This document shows, piece after piece, positions 29,082-44,226 of a stretch of DNA of 64,000 nucleotides. The stretch comes from Octopus vulgaris (lineage: Eukaryota). The first letter of the stretch is position 1. Every line of letters starts with the position of its first letter. Under the pieces are notes generated by a model. The model saw nothing but the letters and a program-made list of their open reading frames with translations. It was not told the origin of the DNA and did not search any database. Position numbers and translations under genes: made by a program. The DNA lies in the NCBI GenBank assembly GCA_951406725.2, contig OX597832.1, positions 38,936,001-39,000,000 of the forward strand. Reading direction: 5' to 3'.

Positions 29082-29727
29082 GTTTCTTTATTAGCCTCAC
29101 AGGGCTGCACACAGACAGGACAAATTACAAGGTAGAGCTTTTCTTTTGAGGGTAAAAAAGGGGGTTTGGTTTTCGATCAAAAGGGATCGTAAAAGGAAAG
29201 AATGAGGACAAAAAAAGGGGGGGGGGGGATAAAATAAAAAAAAAAGAAAAGAAAAGTAAAAGGAAAAGGAAAAAAATTGATCAATAGGGATCGTTATCAC
29301 AGAAATGTCAATATAAAGTGTAAAGGGGAGGACAGGTGACGTTTACTTGGAGGTCCGGACCAAACCAGACCCCGAGCAACTCAACCGGGCCGTCGGTCCA
29401 GCGTCCCACGACGGAGGCGCTGGTGGACGGCATGGGCTTGCTTCTCCAGGTGCCTAGTCGCAAGCCCACTGACTTTTCCCGGTTGATTTTCGCTCCTGTC
29501 ACCGCTTCGTAGTTTTTCAGTGTCTCGCCGACCTGCTCGATGTGCTCGTGGCTAGACACTATGACGGTGACGTCGTCCGCGTATGCAGACACGCTCGTCC
29601 CGCATCCCAGTTCTCGCGGGATGCCTCTCAAGGTTGCCAGCTTCCGCAATAATGGCTCGAGAGTCAATACGTATAGAAGCGACGAGAGGGGGCATCCCTG
29701 ACGGACCGAACGTGCGATGTTGAAGGG
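29082..29727 (-). mobile_element. Tx1/L1-like LINE fragment (RT core fused to 3' UTR) in (GATA)n
   Basis: SVRQGCPLSSLLYVLTLEPLLRKL...SAYADDVTV...GAKINREKS...LLGVWF. Joins abruptly to a 3' UTR ending in aataaagaaac. (GATA)n on both sides. Confidence 0.85.
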
Positions 29728-29814
<87 letters not shown>

Positions 29815-30552
29815 TTCAATACGATGTATAAAATATACACTTCGGTTGAAATTCGTATCCTGATTCTACGCACATGCCACACTAACTAACTTGTTATAAG
29901 CAATCTTCACCGGAATTAAATAAACGTAAACATTTCTATACTTTAAGCTTCCATTTGAAATTTATATCTATTGCAAGACTTATAATATGTAATAAATCAT
30001 TGATAACGAGTGAAAGGAAGTGGTACAGTAAGATATAACTAGAATTGTGTGTGAGGAAAGCCTAAAGTTTGCATTAGACGTGAAATATAAAACTGTGCTT
30101 TATTAGATTCCGGGAGAAGAAAAATTATAAATTTCACATTAACTGGACTGGATTTCGTATCTTCTGCTAAACAAAGACATACACACACACACACACACAC
30201 ACACATACACACATACACACACACACACACATACACACATACACACACACACACCCATACACATACACGTACACACACACACAAGCAAACACATAGACAC
30301 ACACATCCAGTAGCAAGTGCTTCGTTGTCATACAATATACATGGATGCACATATGTGTATATATATATGTGTGTGAGTGCGTTTATATAATTTGTAAATA
30401 CATATATTACGAAAATATATAGATATGTATGTATCTATGTATGTATGGATGGATCTATGCATGTATGTATGAATCTGCCTATCTATCTATGTGTGTATGT
30501 ATATATATATATATATATTGTGCATATTTTTGATATTTTATCCATTACTTGT

Positions 30553-31356
30553 CTCCCGTGTGTTTACGTGTTTATCGCTCCTCGGTGGTGTCCTGTACTC
30601 AATGCGTATTTTCTATTTATTTATAATCGAACGCCACGCAGCCTTGTCCACAGTTAAATCCTTACCTTAATTTATAATTTTTGCGACTCTACAGACTTTA
30701 TTTTCTGTTTCTCCCCCTCGTTCTTTGCTGTCCCCGCTTTGTATTTTTCCACTCCCTACTATCTTTCGTTTCTTCTCCCTTATCCTCACTCCCTTTATTT
30801 CTTTCTCTTGTCCTACTTCCCCCTCTGCCTTTTTGCTAACACGTGTCTACAGGCCATTTCTTTCACCTCTGTCTTTTCTGGTCATGACGTCCATCTTGCT
30901 GGACATCATTTCTCTCGCCTCCAGAATATTTCCCCTTCTGCTATTTTCTTCTCTTCTATTTATTCTATATCCTTTAAAAAATTCTCTCAGGCGTTACTCA
31001 TTGCAATGCGCCTGTTTGTCTCCGTCGATTGTTTACTCTGTACGCCCGCTTTGTTGTTGTTTGTTCGTTCGAAGCATTTACTCTTCAGAAATATTGTATT
31101 CTTAAAATTTCTGGATGCAACTGTTTTCTGAAGTATTCCTATCTTGTCGTTAAGAACTCGAAATAGGGAATAATAATAAGTCGATAACAGAGGAAAAGTT
31201 AGACTTTTCGTATTTTGCCTTGTTATGTGTTTGCATGTTTTTTGCTGATTGCTGATGTCCTGCTCTTATTGCGTATTTTTTTAATCTCATCCTGTACTTG
31301 TATCTCCTATGTTTACGTGTTTTTCGCTCGTTGGTGGCGTCCTGTACTTAATGTAT
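30553..31356. mobile_element. Decayed Penelope-like element with ~50-bp direct terminal repeats
   Basis: tgtttacgtgtttatcgctcctcggtggtgtcctgtactcaatg (~30561) recurs as tgtttacgtgtttttcgctcgttggtggcgtcctgtacttaatg (~31310). Confidence 0.5.
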
Positions 31357-31376
31357 ATATAAATATAAATATATAA

Positions 31377-31431
<55 letters not shown>

Positions 31432-31433
<2 letters not shown>

Positions 31434-31548
31434 CTCGAAACGTTAAATCCCCCTTCTTCCCTTCTTTCCTGAGCGTCCAATAATACTATACTTGTTCCAC
31501 GTCCTCGTGTTGTTGTGTTTTTTTTTTTTTGTGTTTTCTTGTTTGGAT

Positions 31549-31553
<5 letters not shown>
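31432..31553 (+). mobile_element. Truncated copy of the same family (3' half of the ribozyme only)
   Basis: gctcgaaacgttaaa...cctgagcgtccaataatactata, between (TA)n tracts. Confidence 0.7.
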
Positions 31554-31588
<35 letters not shown>

Positions 31589-32619
31589 TAAACATGCGCA
31601 CACATATTTGTATATACCTAGAATACTTTGTATATTAAACAAAATATATCAAAGCATATATTCTTCTCGTTTTACCATCTCTGTTAGGAAATTCATATCT
31701 TCGTTCGCGTTTACAAGTTCCTTGCAGTTGGTCCAAGATATAGTTTCGAAAACAATTATGAGTGCCTCTCGAACCTCCAGGTCTTTTTCTGAATGGGAGA
31801 TCGGCGTTTGCTTGTTTTCCTTCAGATGCTTATTGAGTTGACAGATTCGTCAATGGATTTAAGGTCAGTTTCATGTTGCCGCTGGATGGTTGGATTGTTC
31901 GTCTTTAGATTTTAAATCCTCGGTCAAAAAGCACCTTTTTGCTTATGATTACACACATACACACACATACACACACATACACACACACACACAAACACAC
32001 ACACATAAATACAGAAATATTTATATATATATATATATATACATGCACATATATATGTAAATAAGTGTACATAAATATGTATGTGTACATACATGCATAC
32101 ACACACCAACACACGCACATAAACGTACACACACATGTTCTTTTATTCTTTTACTTGTCTTAGACCATTTGACTGCAGCCATGCTGGAGCACTGCCTTTA
32201 GTCGAGCAAATCGCCCCCAGGACTTATTTTTTGTAAGCCTAGTACATCGGTTGTCAAGCGATGTTGGGGGAACAAACACACACACACATACATATATATA
32301 CGACGGGCTTCTTCAGTTTCCGTCTACCAAATCCACTCACAAGGCTTTAGTCGGCCCGAGGCTATAGTAGAAGACGCTTGCCCAAGGTACCACGTAGTGG
32401 GACTGAACCCGTAACTACGTGCGTCTATCAATAGTCGACCAACACGTTGGAATGTTGCACCTTTCTGAAAATCTCATCTGGTGAAATACCCAATTAACCA
32501 GTTTCAATATGAAAAATTTGAATTAATTTAATTTAAATTACTTTCTCTAATTGAATTAATTGGATATGGAAACGGCTGTAAGGATAAATAATTTCATATT
32601 ATATTGATTTGAATATCTT

Positions 32620-32695
<76 letters not shown>

Positions 32696-33159
32696 ATACA
32701 CATACGGGCACATATACATATACATATACAATAAGAAAAAATGTCGAATATATACATATTTATGTGTATATGTGGGCGTGCATATTAACATAGGTGCATA
32801 CAAACATTCACACAATAAACAGTAGAATCTAGAAGACTTGCAAAATGCAATAGAAACGAAGGCAAAAGGCAATAGAAACGGCAAGTAGTTCAAACAGCTG
32901 CATAAATTCTATGCAATAAATTTATTCCACTCTTTCAAATACAGAATGTGCCTGTGCGTAGAAGCGCGTGTGTCTATGCATGTGCGCACACGTGGTATAT
33001 CGTTTTGTTCTCGTGTGGCTACACATGTGTGTGTTTGTATTTGTGTGTGTGTGCGTGTGTGTATCTGTGTCTGTAGTTTTCAGCACACAACTGGATTAGC
33101 GTTTGTTTTGAACAGTAATGGCCCCAGATCTATCAGCAATGTTCCTTCAGTCACTCGAA

Positions 33160-33249
33160 CTCCTTCTTCCCCATCTCCCACCTCCTTCTTCCCATCTCCC
33201 ACCTCCTTCTTCCCCATCTCCCACCTCTTTCTTCCCCATCTCCCACCTC
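33160..33249. repeat. ~22-bp minisatellite, 4 copies
   Basis: Unit ctccttcttccccatctcccac. Confidence 0.9.
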
Positions 33250-33392
33250 TTTCTCTATCCTTCTCTTTGTCTTTTTCCTCCTTTTTTCCTCTTACCTCTT
33301 TTTATTATTTTACTTCGCTCGAACCATTTATTATTCATTATTTGCACATTTTCTTCAGTTTTCCACTTATTATTATTTTATATATATCTATA

Positions 33393-33432
<40 letters not shown>

Positions 33433-34019
33433 TGCGTATATGTGTCGCATATGAATATAGGTATTACACAAATATGTGTGCATGCGTGTATGTTTACGTG
33501 TGTGTGTGTGTGTTTGTGTGCACGCGTGATGGTGTTTACTATTTCTCTCTTTGTCACACACAAAACGATGAATCTATTAAATAAATATGTAAACCTTGTG
33601 GGAACGTGCGATTTTTTTAAATATATGTTCATGTTCTGAAAGTACAAATACGCATGCCTAAGGATATGTGCGTATTTCCAAGTATGTATAGCTAGGAACA
33701 TATATACGCAAACATACACGCATACACACATACTTTTCCCTGATTTTTTTTTCCACATATATTTATAGATGCATTTCCTGTATGATACGTCAACACCATT
33801 TATCTTGAAATTTCAAAAATTATTCGCTCCGCTGTTACATATTTTTCACATGCACGAACATACGATCACACATCCATGTGTTTACGCATGCTAAACGCGC
33901 GCAAACGCACACGTACACACACACATACACATACCTGCACACGCATGCACACGCGTAGTGACAAATGTTTTTACGTATGAATGTACGCATATGAACATTA
34001 ACACGAGTGCATGTTTATT

Positions 34020-34202
<183 letters not shown>

Positions 34203-34268
34203 GTAATAATAATAATATATACGTATATATATATATATATATATATAGATAGATAGATAGATAGATAT

Positions 34269-34341
<73 letters not shown>

Positions 34342-35460
34342 CAGATATAGATATAAATATAGATATCACGTGTACATGCATTATACCTTTTACTTGATTG
34401 TCACTGCAGTCATGCAGGAGCTCCACCCTAACGAATGTTCTAGAGCCAAACGCTTCATTGCTCCTTGCTCAGTTGACTCAGTTGTGAATGATTAAGCATG
34501 CAGCGGACTATCGTTCCGATCCGGAGGAATGTTGGCCTGCTCACCCAGCCCTCGAGGGTGGCATCATTCAGAAAATTTAAAAAGACTATACAAAGCGCAT
34601 TACGACCAACAATGGAGAACAACATCCGATAGCCTGGTTGATCATGTTATCATGTGAAAGAGGCAGATATATATAGAGAGATGTGTGTGTATAGAATATA
34701 TACATAGATTAAAGGGTAAAGACCTCCTTCGGTCGAATTACTGTGGGATTGCACCGAGAATGTCCCCATCCAAGTCACAAGTCCGGGCAAGGTTTTTTTA
34801 ATGGGAGACCAGCAGTTGCCCATGCATACCAGTCTCCCCTTTCCATGCTACTGATGTTATCCAAGGGAAAAGTAAAGGTCGATACAGCTTGAGAATCAGC
34901 CTCACTACCTCATGATCCCAACACTCTAACCACTGAGCCTTCACTGACATAGATTAGATAAATAGATACGAATGTATACTTGTACCTGTCTGAAGATTGT
35001 GTTATACCAACTTGTCTAATTAGTCACGTCATTTTTCTAGAAGATTCCTTTCATTGAAAACAGCTACACATTTGTTATTGTCAGCAAACATACTTCTTGG
35101 TGTAAGTTCTTAATGAATTTAACTGTCATTTCTAGAACGTACTCAAATATTCCATGACAAACGGAATTTGTCAGCTGTTATGAACCAACAATGAGGCCCC
35201 ATTGCGTCTTCAAGAATTCTTAGTTTTGAAAGTTGGTGTGTGTGTGTGTGTGTGAGCATGTGTGTGTGTTTGTGTGTGTGTGCGTGTGTGAGTGTGTGTG
35301 TACGTCTGTGTATGTGTGTGTAACGATAGCAAAATATATACAGATACATAAACCAGTCTATTTAAATATATATGTTTACACATTCATATGCATATTCACA
35401 TATAAATATATATACACATGCATATAAGTGCTTATATGTATATGTAAAAGCATACAAATG

Positions 35461-35504
<44 letters not shown>

Positions 35505-35862
35505 TACACATATATACACATATATACACATACACATATGTAAAAATATATATATATATATATATATACACGCACACACACTTAAACGCACATACACACA
35601 GATAGATGGAGGAAGATTAATAAAGGAATAAGTTAAAGCAAAATAATTGGCATCACAAACATTTAATGTAGATAGAGACTAAACATTTAATGTAGATAGG
35701 CAACCATGTGGATCGTGATGTTGCTTTAGGAGTCCGTAAGCCAAGTATTCCAGGAATCTTAACTTAAGGAATCCTCACTCAATATCAAGATCTACGCGTA
35801 TGGCTATTCTAGAAAGAGCTAGAATAACTGCAATTTTTTTCGAGTGATGTTTTATTTACATA

Positions 35863-35972
<110 letters not shown>

Positions 35973-36407
35973 ATGTATATATATATGCATATATATACAG
36001 ATTCATATATATATACATATATGTAATTATATATATATGTATATATGCATGGCGCATGTGAAGGCGCATGGCTCAGTGGTTAGAGCGTCGAGCTTACGAT
36101 CGTGAGGTTGTGAGCTCGAATCCCGGACCGGGCTGCGTGTTGTGTTCTTGAGCAAGACACTTTATTTCACGTTGCTCAGGTTCACTCAGCTGTAGAAATG
36201 AGTTGCGACGTCACAGGTGCCAAGCTGTATCGACCTTTGTCTTTCCCTTGGATAACACTGGTGGCGTGGAGAGGGGAGGCCGGTATGCATGGGCGACTAC
36301 TGGTCTTCCATAAAACAACCTTGCCCAGACTTGTGCCTCAGAGGGTAACTCTCTAGGTGCAAACCCATGGTCACTCATGACCGAAGGGGGTCTTTACCCT
36401 TTATATA

Positions 36408-36467
<60 letters not shown>

Positions 36468-36471
<4 letters not shown>

Positions 36472-36660
36472 TAATCCAAACATGAAAACACAAAGAGAAA
36501 ACACAACAACACGAGGATGTGGGAGAAATATAGTATTATTGGACGCTCAGGAAAGAAGGGAAGAAGGAGGGTTTAACGTTTCGAACATAGGAGAAGGAAA
36601 GATCCAGAGAAGGGAAGACAGAGGAAAAGAAAATCGCCAACGGTACACACGCGGTCACAT
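36468..36660 (-). mobile_element. Penelope-like terminal repeat, same family as 21377/44089, ribozyme core deleted
   Basis: Reads gtttaacgtttcga|acatag, lacking the gcggagctcttcgtc segment present in the other copies. Confidence 0.7.
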
Positions 36661-37032
36661 ATATATATACATATATACATATGTGTGTGTGTTTGTAACA
36701 TATATAGTCTGGGAAAGAATTTGCGATACACAGTAATACAGTCACGTCTTATACACATGAACAAAAACACACACGGTAACACACACACACACGTACAGTG
36801 AGAGAGAAAGACAGAGAGAAGTGTAATGAAAGATATATTAGAAAGGACTCGAATATATATACATATATATAATATGCATTAAATGTTTCTAAAATTCTTG
36901 CATATTTAACTGACGTACGCGGGTTTCCTACGAGTGTGTGACAGATGGCTTTGATGTCCATAGTAATTCAGTCGAATAATAATATTATGAATGATTATTG
37001 AATTTATTACTATTATTATTATTATTGTTATT

Positions 37033-38358
37033 CAAGAAACAACAAGTTGGAAGTTCACGTTGTTGTTATGCCTAGTGTACCATATATTTGGGTGGGGGGG
37101 GGTTGTGTTGTACTAGTGAATGTCTGATACATAAATTAAAAAAAAAAAGTTTGTTTTAAACCTTGAGATTACATAGAGAGTATTTTGCGTAGGATATGAG
37201 CAATTCCCATGAGCACTATCTTTTGAATTTCTGACATTTTGGGGCTTCCTAGTATCTGAGTTAGGTAGCAATCAGCCCCTTTCGCTATCATTCCCAGGGC
37301 ACCTATGACAACATGTATTGTTTTAGTCTTCAGGTTCCACATTTTGCTGATTTCTATTTCAAGATCTTTATATTTGCACTTTATATTTTGGTAGGTCTTG
37401 ACAGATACGTTTATATCGATTGGGACAGTCATATCAATGAGGAGGCATGTTCTTTGTCTGAAGTCTTTCAATATGATGTCTGGCCTATTTGCATCTATCT
37501 TTCTGTCAGTTTGAATGGTGAAGTTCCAGAGGAGTGAGATGTGGTCATTTTCAAGCACTGGAGGTGGATTATGTTCCCACGAGTTTTTTTCATGGGGCAA
37601 ATCCAGGTTTTTGCAAATTACCAAGTGAATATATTGTGCAGCTCTATCATGCCTATTGAGGTACTCTGTAGGCGCTAAAAGACTGCATTTGGAGACAACA
37701 TGATCAATGGTTTCATTTTGTTGTCGGCATAACACGACATGTGCTACTGCCGTTCTTTAATATGTTGGCCTGGTAGTTTCTTGTTGGTAGGCATTGATCT
37801 TGAGCTGCTATGATAAACCCTTCTGTTTCAGATTTTAAGCCAGAGGCCATTAGCCATTGATGGATCAGGGCTTTGTCAATATCTGCATTATTCGCTCTCT
37901 TTGGGTATTTGCCATAGAGAGGTTTTTCTTGCCATTTATTATTCAGAATAAATAAGGCCACAGTTTTGGCACGGGTTTTCATGCGCCTAGCTTTTTTTGT
38001 GCTTGTTTCTTGTATGGCTATCTCTAATTCCGAAATTTGTTGTATTCGGAATTCACTTAGATATTCCTTTGCCTGTTTTGTTACTGAGTATGATGCTTTC
38101 TTGTTTTCATGTTTTGAGGCAAGTTTTAACATCCAGTCCTCAGAGTTTTTCAGGTAGGTGTCTAGGCCAATTGTAGCAATCGTCATTGTTATTGCCAGTT
38201 GTAAAAGACCACGGCCTCCCTCTTTTCTTGGCAGATAAAGTCGTTCTGTATCTGCCTCAGGGTGGTGCATTCTATGCATTGTCAACAGTTTTCTTATTTT
38301 TCTGTCGGGCAGACATATTTCAGTAATTGACCAGTTAACGATATTGAAACTGTAAGTC

Positions 38359-38359
<1 letters not shown>
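37033..38359 (-). mobile_element. 5'-truncated R4/Dong-like non-LTR retrotransposon (C-terminal region, CCHC knuckle, restriction-like endonuclease)
   Basis: Frameshifted ORFs 37713-38285 (RLYLPRKEGGRGL, LKSETEGFIIAAQDQ) and 37169-37735 (CRQQNETIDHVVSKC, RHD, RPDI, LIDMTVP, KYKDL). Both flanks are (TAA)n. Confidence 0.9.
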
Positions 38360-38448
<89 letters not shown>

Positions 38449-38575
38449 TTGGTGTTGTTGTTTTGAGCACTTAATACTTTGATATTTTTATATTAGATAT
38501 AAGTACAGCGAATGGAAGAACACCAAGATAAACACAGACAGACAGAGACAGATAGAGACAGGCAGACAGACAGAC

Positions 38576-38639
<64 letters not shown>

Positions 38640-39879
38640 GTATGCATATGTATTTCAGACTCTTGTTTCCTTTGATAATTTATCGCGAAACTTGTGCCGA
38701 ACAATAATAATGAATTTGCGTAGTTGCTTTGTTGTCCTCGAAAGCAAAACGTAACTTAATTACACATGAATATATATCCATGAACAACCTGAGTTTCTTG
38801 TTTTATTGCTAATTAATTAACTTCTAAGCGACATTAAATATACATCTGACTTATGTGACACTCCAAGTCTTATGTTTGGAAACAAGCCAAGAAGAAATAA
38901 GAAAGAGCAAAACGAAGAAAGTCGAGCGAGAAGAATAAGGGAAACAAAAATGGCTGCAAGTGGCGAAGAGAAGAAAATATACATGTTTGCTGTGAAGTTG
39001 TTCTTGACAGTAAAATCTGATAACGTCTATGTAAATTGACACAGTTCTGTTCAATGGAAATTTGACATGGTGTTCGTCGTTGGCTTACGTTTGTACGAGT
39101 GTTTTTTTTATGTGGATGTGTAGTGTGTGTGTGAGTGTGCTTGTTTATTTACATGTACATATATGTGTGCATATCTGTGTATTTACTTGTATATATGTGT
39201 GAACATGTATATATTTATATAAATAACTATATCCATATATGTACAATTTTTTTCTATATACGCAAAACAATCAATATACACACACGCAAACGCACATATA
39301 TATAATCATATATACATACATATGCGTGGCTTAGTGGTTAGGGCATTCTGCTCATGATCGTAAGGTCGTAAGTTCAATTCCCGGTGACGCGTTGTGCTCT
39401 TGAGCAAGACACTTTGTTTTCACGTTGTTCCAGTCCACTCAGCTGTCAAACATGAGTAGTACCTGTATTTCAAAAGGGCCAGCCTTGCCACATTCTGTGC
39501 CATACTGAATCTCCCTGGGAACTACGTTAAAGGTACACGTGTCTGTGGAGTACTCAGCCACTTCCACGTTAATTTCACGAGCAAACTGTTCCGTTGATCG
39601 TATCAGCTGGGACCCTCGTCGTCGTACCGACAGGGTGCATATATATATGTATATATATATAAGAGAGTTTGTGTGTGTTTGTGTGTGCGAGCGAGCGCGT
39701 ATGTTCCTCATTGGTTGGAATACTGAGTTTCCGATTTCGATGTATGAGTAATCTTTCGGCTACCAAATGAACTTTTTTTTCATTTACATACTTGCATTAA
39801 AAAATTTTACATTATGATCATTCTATGAGTCACCTATCGTAAACGATATTTTTATGCCACCACCACCATGTCACATTTT

Positions 39880-40905
39880 TCTCTATGTATGAGTGTGTAT
39901 GTCTGTGTGTGTCTGTCTTAGTATACGTATGTGACTGTACCGCCCAAACAGTGATGCACCGATTTTGAAAGAGTTTAGTTGCGGCCGGGACGTTGAATAA
40001 AGAACGGCGTTCACTGTTTGAATTTTCCTTTTCATCATGGGGAGTTGGGATTTAAACAGCATTAACCACTACTTATGTGCTGAAATATTATTCTGGCTTT
40101 TATAACCAACATGAACATTTGGTTGATTTGACACTACTCACAACACTTGCAAATATATCTGAAAAAAAAAATGTTATTCTGGTTATTATAAGATATTCGG
40201 AAACTCTGCGATGTAGAAAGCCTTAGCGGCTCTTTCAATATAATTATAATAACCAGTTTGAAGATAACGCCTTTTTTTACAGTCCTAGCGTCCCTATCAT
40301 ATTCCGGCTAGACTGCTTTATCAGTAGGAGTGCTCAATACCGCACAAACATTTTACTGCGTTAGTCAGTATCTATTGTACAGCATATATCCTCACACAGA
40401 TAAAATATATAGCGAGTGATGTCAAATTAATTTATATCTAGCTACATACATCCTCCAGCAATGGTTTTAAATTAATTAACGTTCTCAACAGTAACATATT
40501 CTTTCGTACACACTTTGTTCGGCATTCGTTTAAAAATTGTAAAATAATAATTGATTTTTGTATGAAAAATTGAATTATACATTTTGAATTTTCTTGGAGC
40601 TTGTCTTTCTTCACCGTCACATTCAATCCTGAATTTTATAACATGTTCCAGATAAGTGTTGACTTTCTGTACTTCGTTACACTGGTGACGCATAGTAATT
40701 TTTGCTGAACTGGTGACTTTCCGACGCCGGAATAACTCTTTTGGAAATATTCTCAGTTCTAAATTCTGTTATCATTACAGTTTGGATAGTTTTTAACAAA
40801 ATATACATATTGTAAAATAATTATGAGACTAAATCTTTATATTTATTGTTTACTAATCTGAATAAGAACAGGAGTAACGCGGGCAACGCTGGGTCATTCA
40901 GCTCG
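39880..40905 (+). mobile_element. Possible non-autonomous Helitron
   Basis: 3' end cgggcaacgctgggtcattcagCTCG|T resembles the hairpin plus CTRR terminus. 5' region has gtct-type repeats. The 5' boundary is a guess. Confidence 0.35.
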
Positions 40906-40989
40906 TATATCTATATTTAGAGAATGTTAGTTACATTCTGCTTCTCTATAACGTGCAGTGTGCTTCTCTTTCGGATTTATGATTTACTG

Positions 40990-41023
<34 letters not shown>

Positions 41024-41055
41024 TATGTATATATATATATACATATATATAATAA

Positions 41056-41144
<89 letters not shown>

Positions 41145-41599
41145 TGCTTGCGTGTGTGTGTGTGTAGGAACAAAGACAGAGTGAGAGAGAAACATATCTA
41201 TGTATTATATGTATGCGTATACTGGTGTGTATATGTGTATATTTATGGTCTAACTCCATCCTTTCCGATTTTCTGGTTTGGGAATTTGCGTAGACAACCC
41301 AACGAGGTTAAATATAAAATGTGTCAGAGATCGGAAGAGCTTCTCACAATAAAGTCAGCTGTCAGCTGTATCCAGAAAAGAGATTGTCACCCTCATGTTA
41401 TCAGCTTAATAAAACACACAATTGCTACTCACTTATGGCCACCATACATCATGGATTTGGGATGGAAACTCACACGCAAACACAGAACACATACACTCGC
41501 ACATATACACAGTCACACACGATATGTGTGTGAGTGTGTGCTCGCGCATGTGTGTATATGTAGACATTCTTATATACGTAATAAATAAAACTGTATAGG

Positions 41600-41665
<66 letters not shown>

Positions 41666-41972
41666 CAGAGACATACATAGTCATACATATATAACAATAT
41701 ACATATATATTTATATATATATATACATATATATATATACGTATATAAGTATATACATCAGAGACATACCACACAAACACACACACATATATATTTATTG
41801 CAATGCATATGGATTTAGGAACTTTATTATTCCAAAAGAGCTGCCAAATACTGTATAAAAAATATTGCATATAGAATATAAAGATAAAAAATCGAACGCA
41901 ATAGCGTATTAATGTAACATTTATATATATGTTGCATGTGTCTGTGCGTTTGTGTGTGTGTGTGTTTGTTTC

Positions 41973-42062
<90 letters not shown>

Positions 42063-42804
42063 ATATATGCGCGTTTCTACATATGCATATCTGGCCGTCG
42101 AGGAAAATAATCATCTGTAGGATCCATGCGTGTTTCGAAAATGCTTCACACATTTTGACGTAGTGTCTGCTATTGAGAATTGTAAAACATAGTAAATCTT
42201 ATTTCGCTGTTCAGTCCCCAGGATTAAGGAACTAGAAACGCCGATGCCTGGGAATACTAATCGATGGCGGCGCTGGACGGATATGGTATCTTTACACCTT
42301 TTCACCATAGGAGAACATTTTGTCTGCGGTAACTATAGTGAATCTGCTTCTTAGCAATTATAATGTCACAAACTTATTTTAACTAACTTATATAGATAAC
42401 GCCGGCTAATGGGACTATCTTGGATTTCACGTCCATAACGCGCCTAGCTTTACAGCCTATCGCCAGATCCCAAACCTGTTGACTCATGGCCTCTCTAGCA
42501 AGTGGCTTCTCTACAAAATGGAGGAGTAACAGACTTCGTTATTCGATGTCAACGAAAGGTGATTGTCGCCATTTGGCTGTCAATCATAAATGACCGTTAT
42601 TGTGTGGCTAGCAGTAGGCCAGCAGGAATTACCTGAAGTGGAAGCATGGTCCGAAGATCACCGTTCTGGGTGAGGTGACCTGCTAGATTAAGCTATAAGC
42701 CAACAGGTTTGTGATATGACGATACGCTGTAAAACTAAGCGCCTTATGAACTTGAAACCCGGGGTAATCCTATGAACCGGCCCTATATATATATATATAT
42801 ATAT

Positions 42805-42858
<54 letters not shown>

Positions 42859-42892
42859 TTAGGGAGTATGGCTCCAAACTTTCACAGTATAA

Positions 42893-43076
42893 ATATAAAT
42901 TAAATTAGTGATAAAACCACTAATAGGCAACTCAAACAGTGATAGACATAAACCAATACGTAAATAAATATAATATATATTAATTATATTTATATTTTTT
43001 GTTATTTATGTATTGTTTTATGTCTATCACTGTTTGAGTTGCTTAATAGTGGTTTTATCTCTAATTTAATTTATAT
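42893..43076. repeat. Foldback with ~75-bp imperfect arms between (TAA)n and (TA)n
   Basis: taaattagtgataaaaccactaataggcaactcaaacagtgatagacataaa pairs with tttatgtctatcactgtttgagttgcttaatagtggttttatctctaattta. Confidence 0.85.
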
Positions 43077-43518
43077 ATATATATATATATATATACGCCC
43101 ACAAACCTGCATTCACATACACACTTACATATATAATATAAACGTATGCTTACATACATAAAAGTCTGTTCATGATGTGGAATACCAGCTAAAAACTGTT
43201 CAAAGAAACTTATGCTGATCTCTAGCGAGGACAATCTGATCACCTTCCAATCTGTTGCCGTGTGGCAACAGACTGTACGGTCGACCAACGCATCATCAGA
43301 ATAAACTTGCGCTTTTTGTGTGTGTATATATATATATGTGTGTGTGTGTATGTGTATATATATATATATATATATGCATGTGTGTATGTGAGAGCGTGCC
43401 TCTGTGTTTGTGTATGTATGTATGTATGTATGTATGTATGTATGGGGTAAGTACAATTTAAACGCAGTCTCCGTATCTACATACACATACACACACATAT
43501 AAACGTAGATACACAGGC

Positions 43519-43561
<43 letters not shown>

Positions 43562-43570
43562 TAGATAGAT

Positions 43571-43631
<61 letters not shown>

Positions 43632-44191
43632 ACCAGGATATAATTATAATCTTGCAAGTGAACTGGGACTATAAAATATATAATGAGACGTGTTCGTGCT
43701 AAGGGAATATCGGCGTGGAATTAAAGAGGGTTTTATCTAAATCAATTCTAAATCCCCTATCGGTAGCAACCTTGCAGACTATTCTTCAACGTCCAATTGC
43801 TTAGCTGCATTCAACTCTCTTTGTCAATTTGCAATTATCCTTGAGAGTTCATAATGTTAAAACGTTCTTAAATCCGTTTAATTTTCTTAATTATACACAA
43901 TATGTAAGAAAATTGTTCCGATGAACTCTGTTGAATGAGCAAGCCTTTCTGTGTTCAGGGTTTGCAGGAAAATTCTCTTAAATTAGTCACTACTCTAAGG
44001 AAAAAGGAAGGACATATTTGAGAATGTAGAAAATACACACATGTACACACGCACGCACTCCTACATTCACATGCATACATACATACATAGTTAATCGAAA
44101 CAAGAAAACAAAAACAAAAAAACACAACAACGCAAGGACGTGGAACAAATATAGTATTATTGGACGCTCAGGAAAGAAGGGGAGAAGGAGG

Positions 44192-44226
44192 GTTTAACGT
44201 TTCGAGCGGAGCTCTTCGTCGGAAAC
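44192..44226 (-). ncRNA. Minimal hammerhead motif, U4C core variant
   Basis: GTTT-CCGACGA-a-GAGC tcc GCTC-GAAA-CGTT-AAAC. Same family as 21377-21509; element spans ~44089-44290. Confidence 0.55.

Noticed and set aside
31060-31095. Minus-strand tttCTGAAGAgtaaatgcttcGAACgaac as a hammerhead
   Set aside because: The GAAA box and cleavage triplet are broken, so it is at most a relic.
36062-36133. tRNA-like sequence (also at 56622 and 39323)
   Set aside because: It runs directly into a SINE body, so it is a SINE head rather than a tRNA gene.
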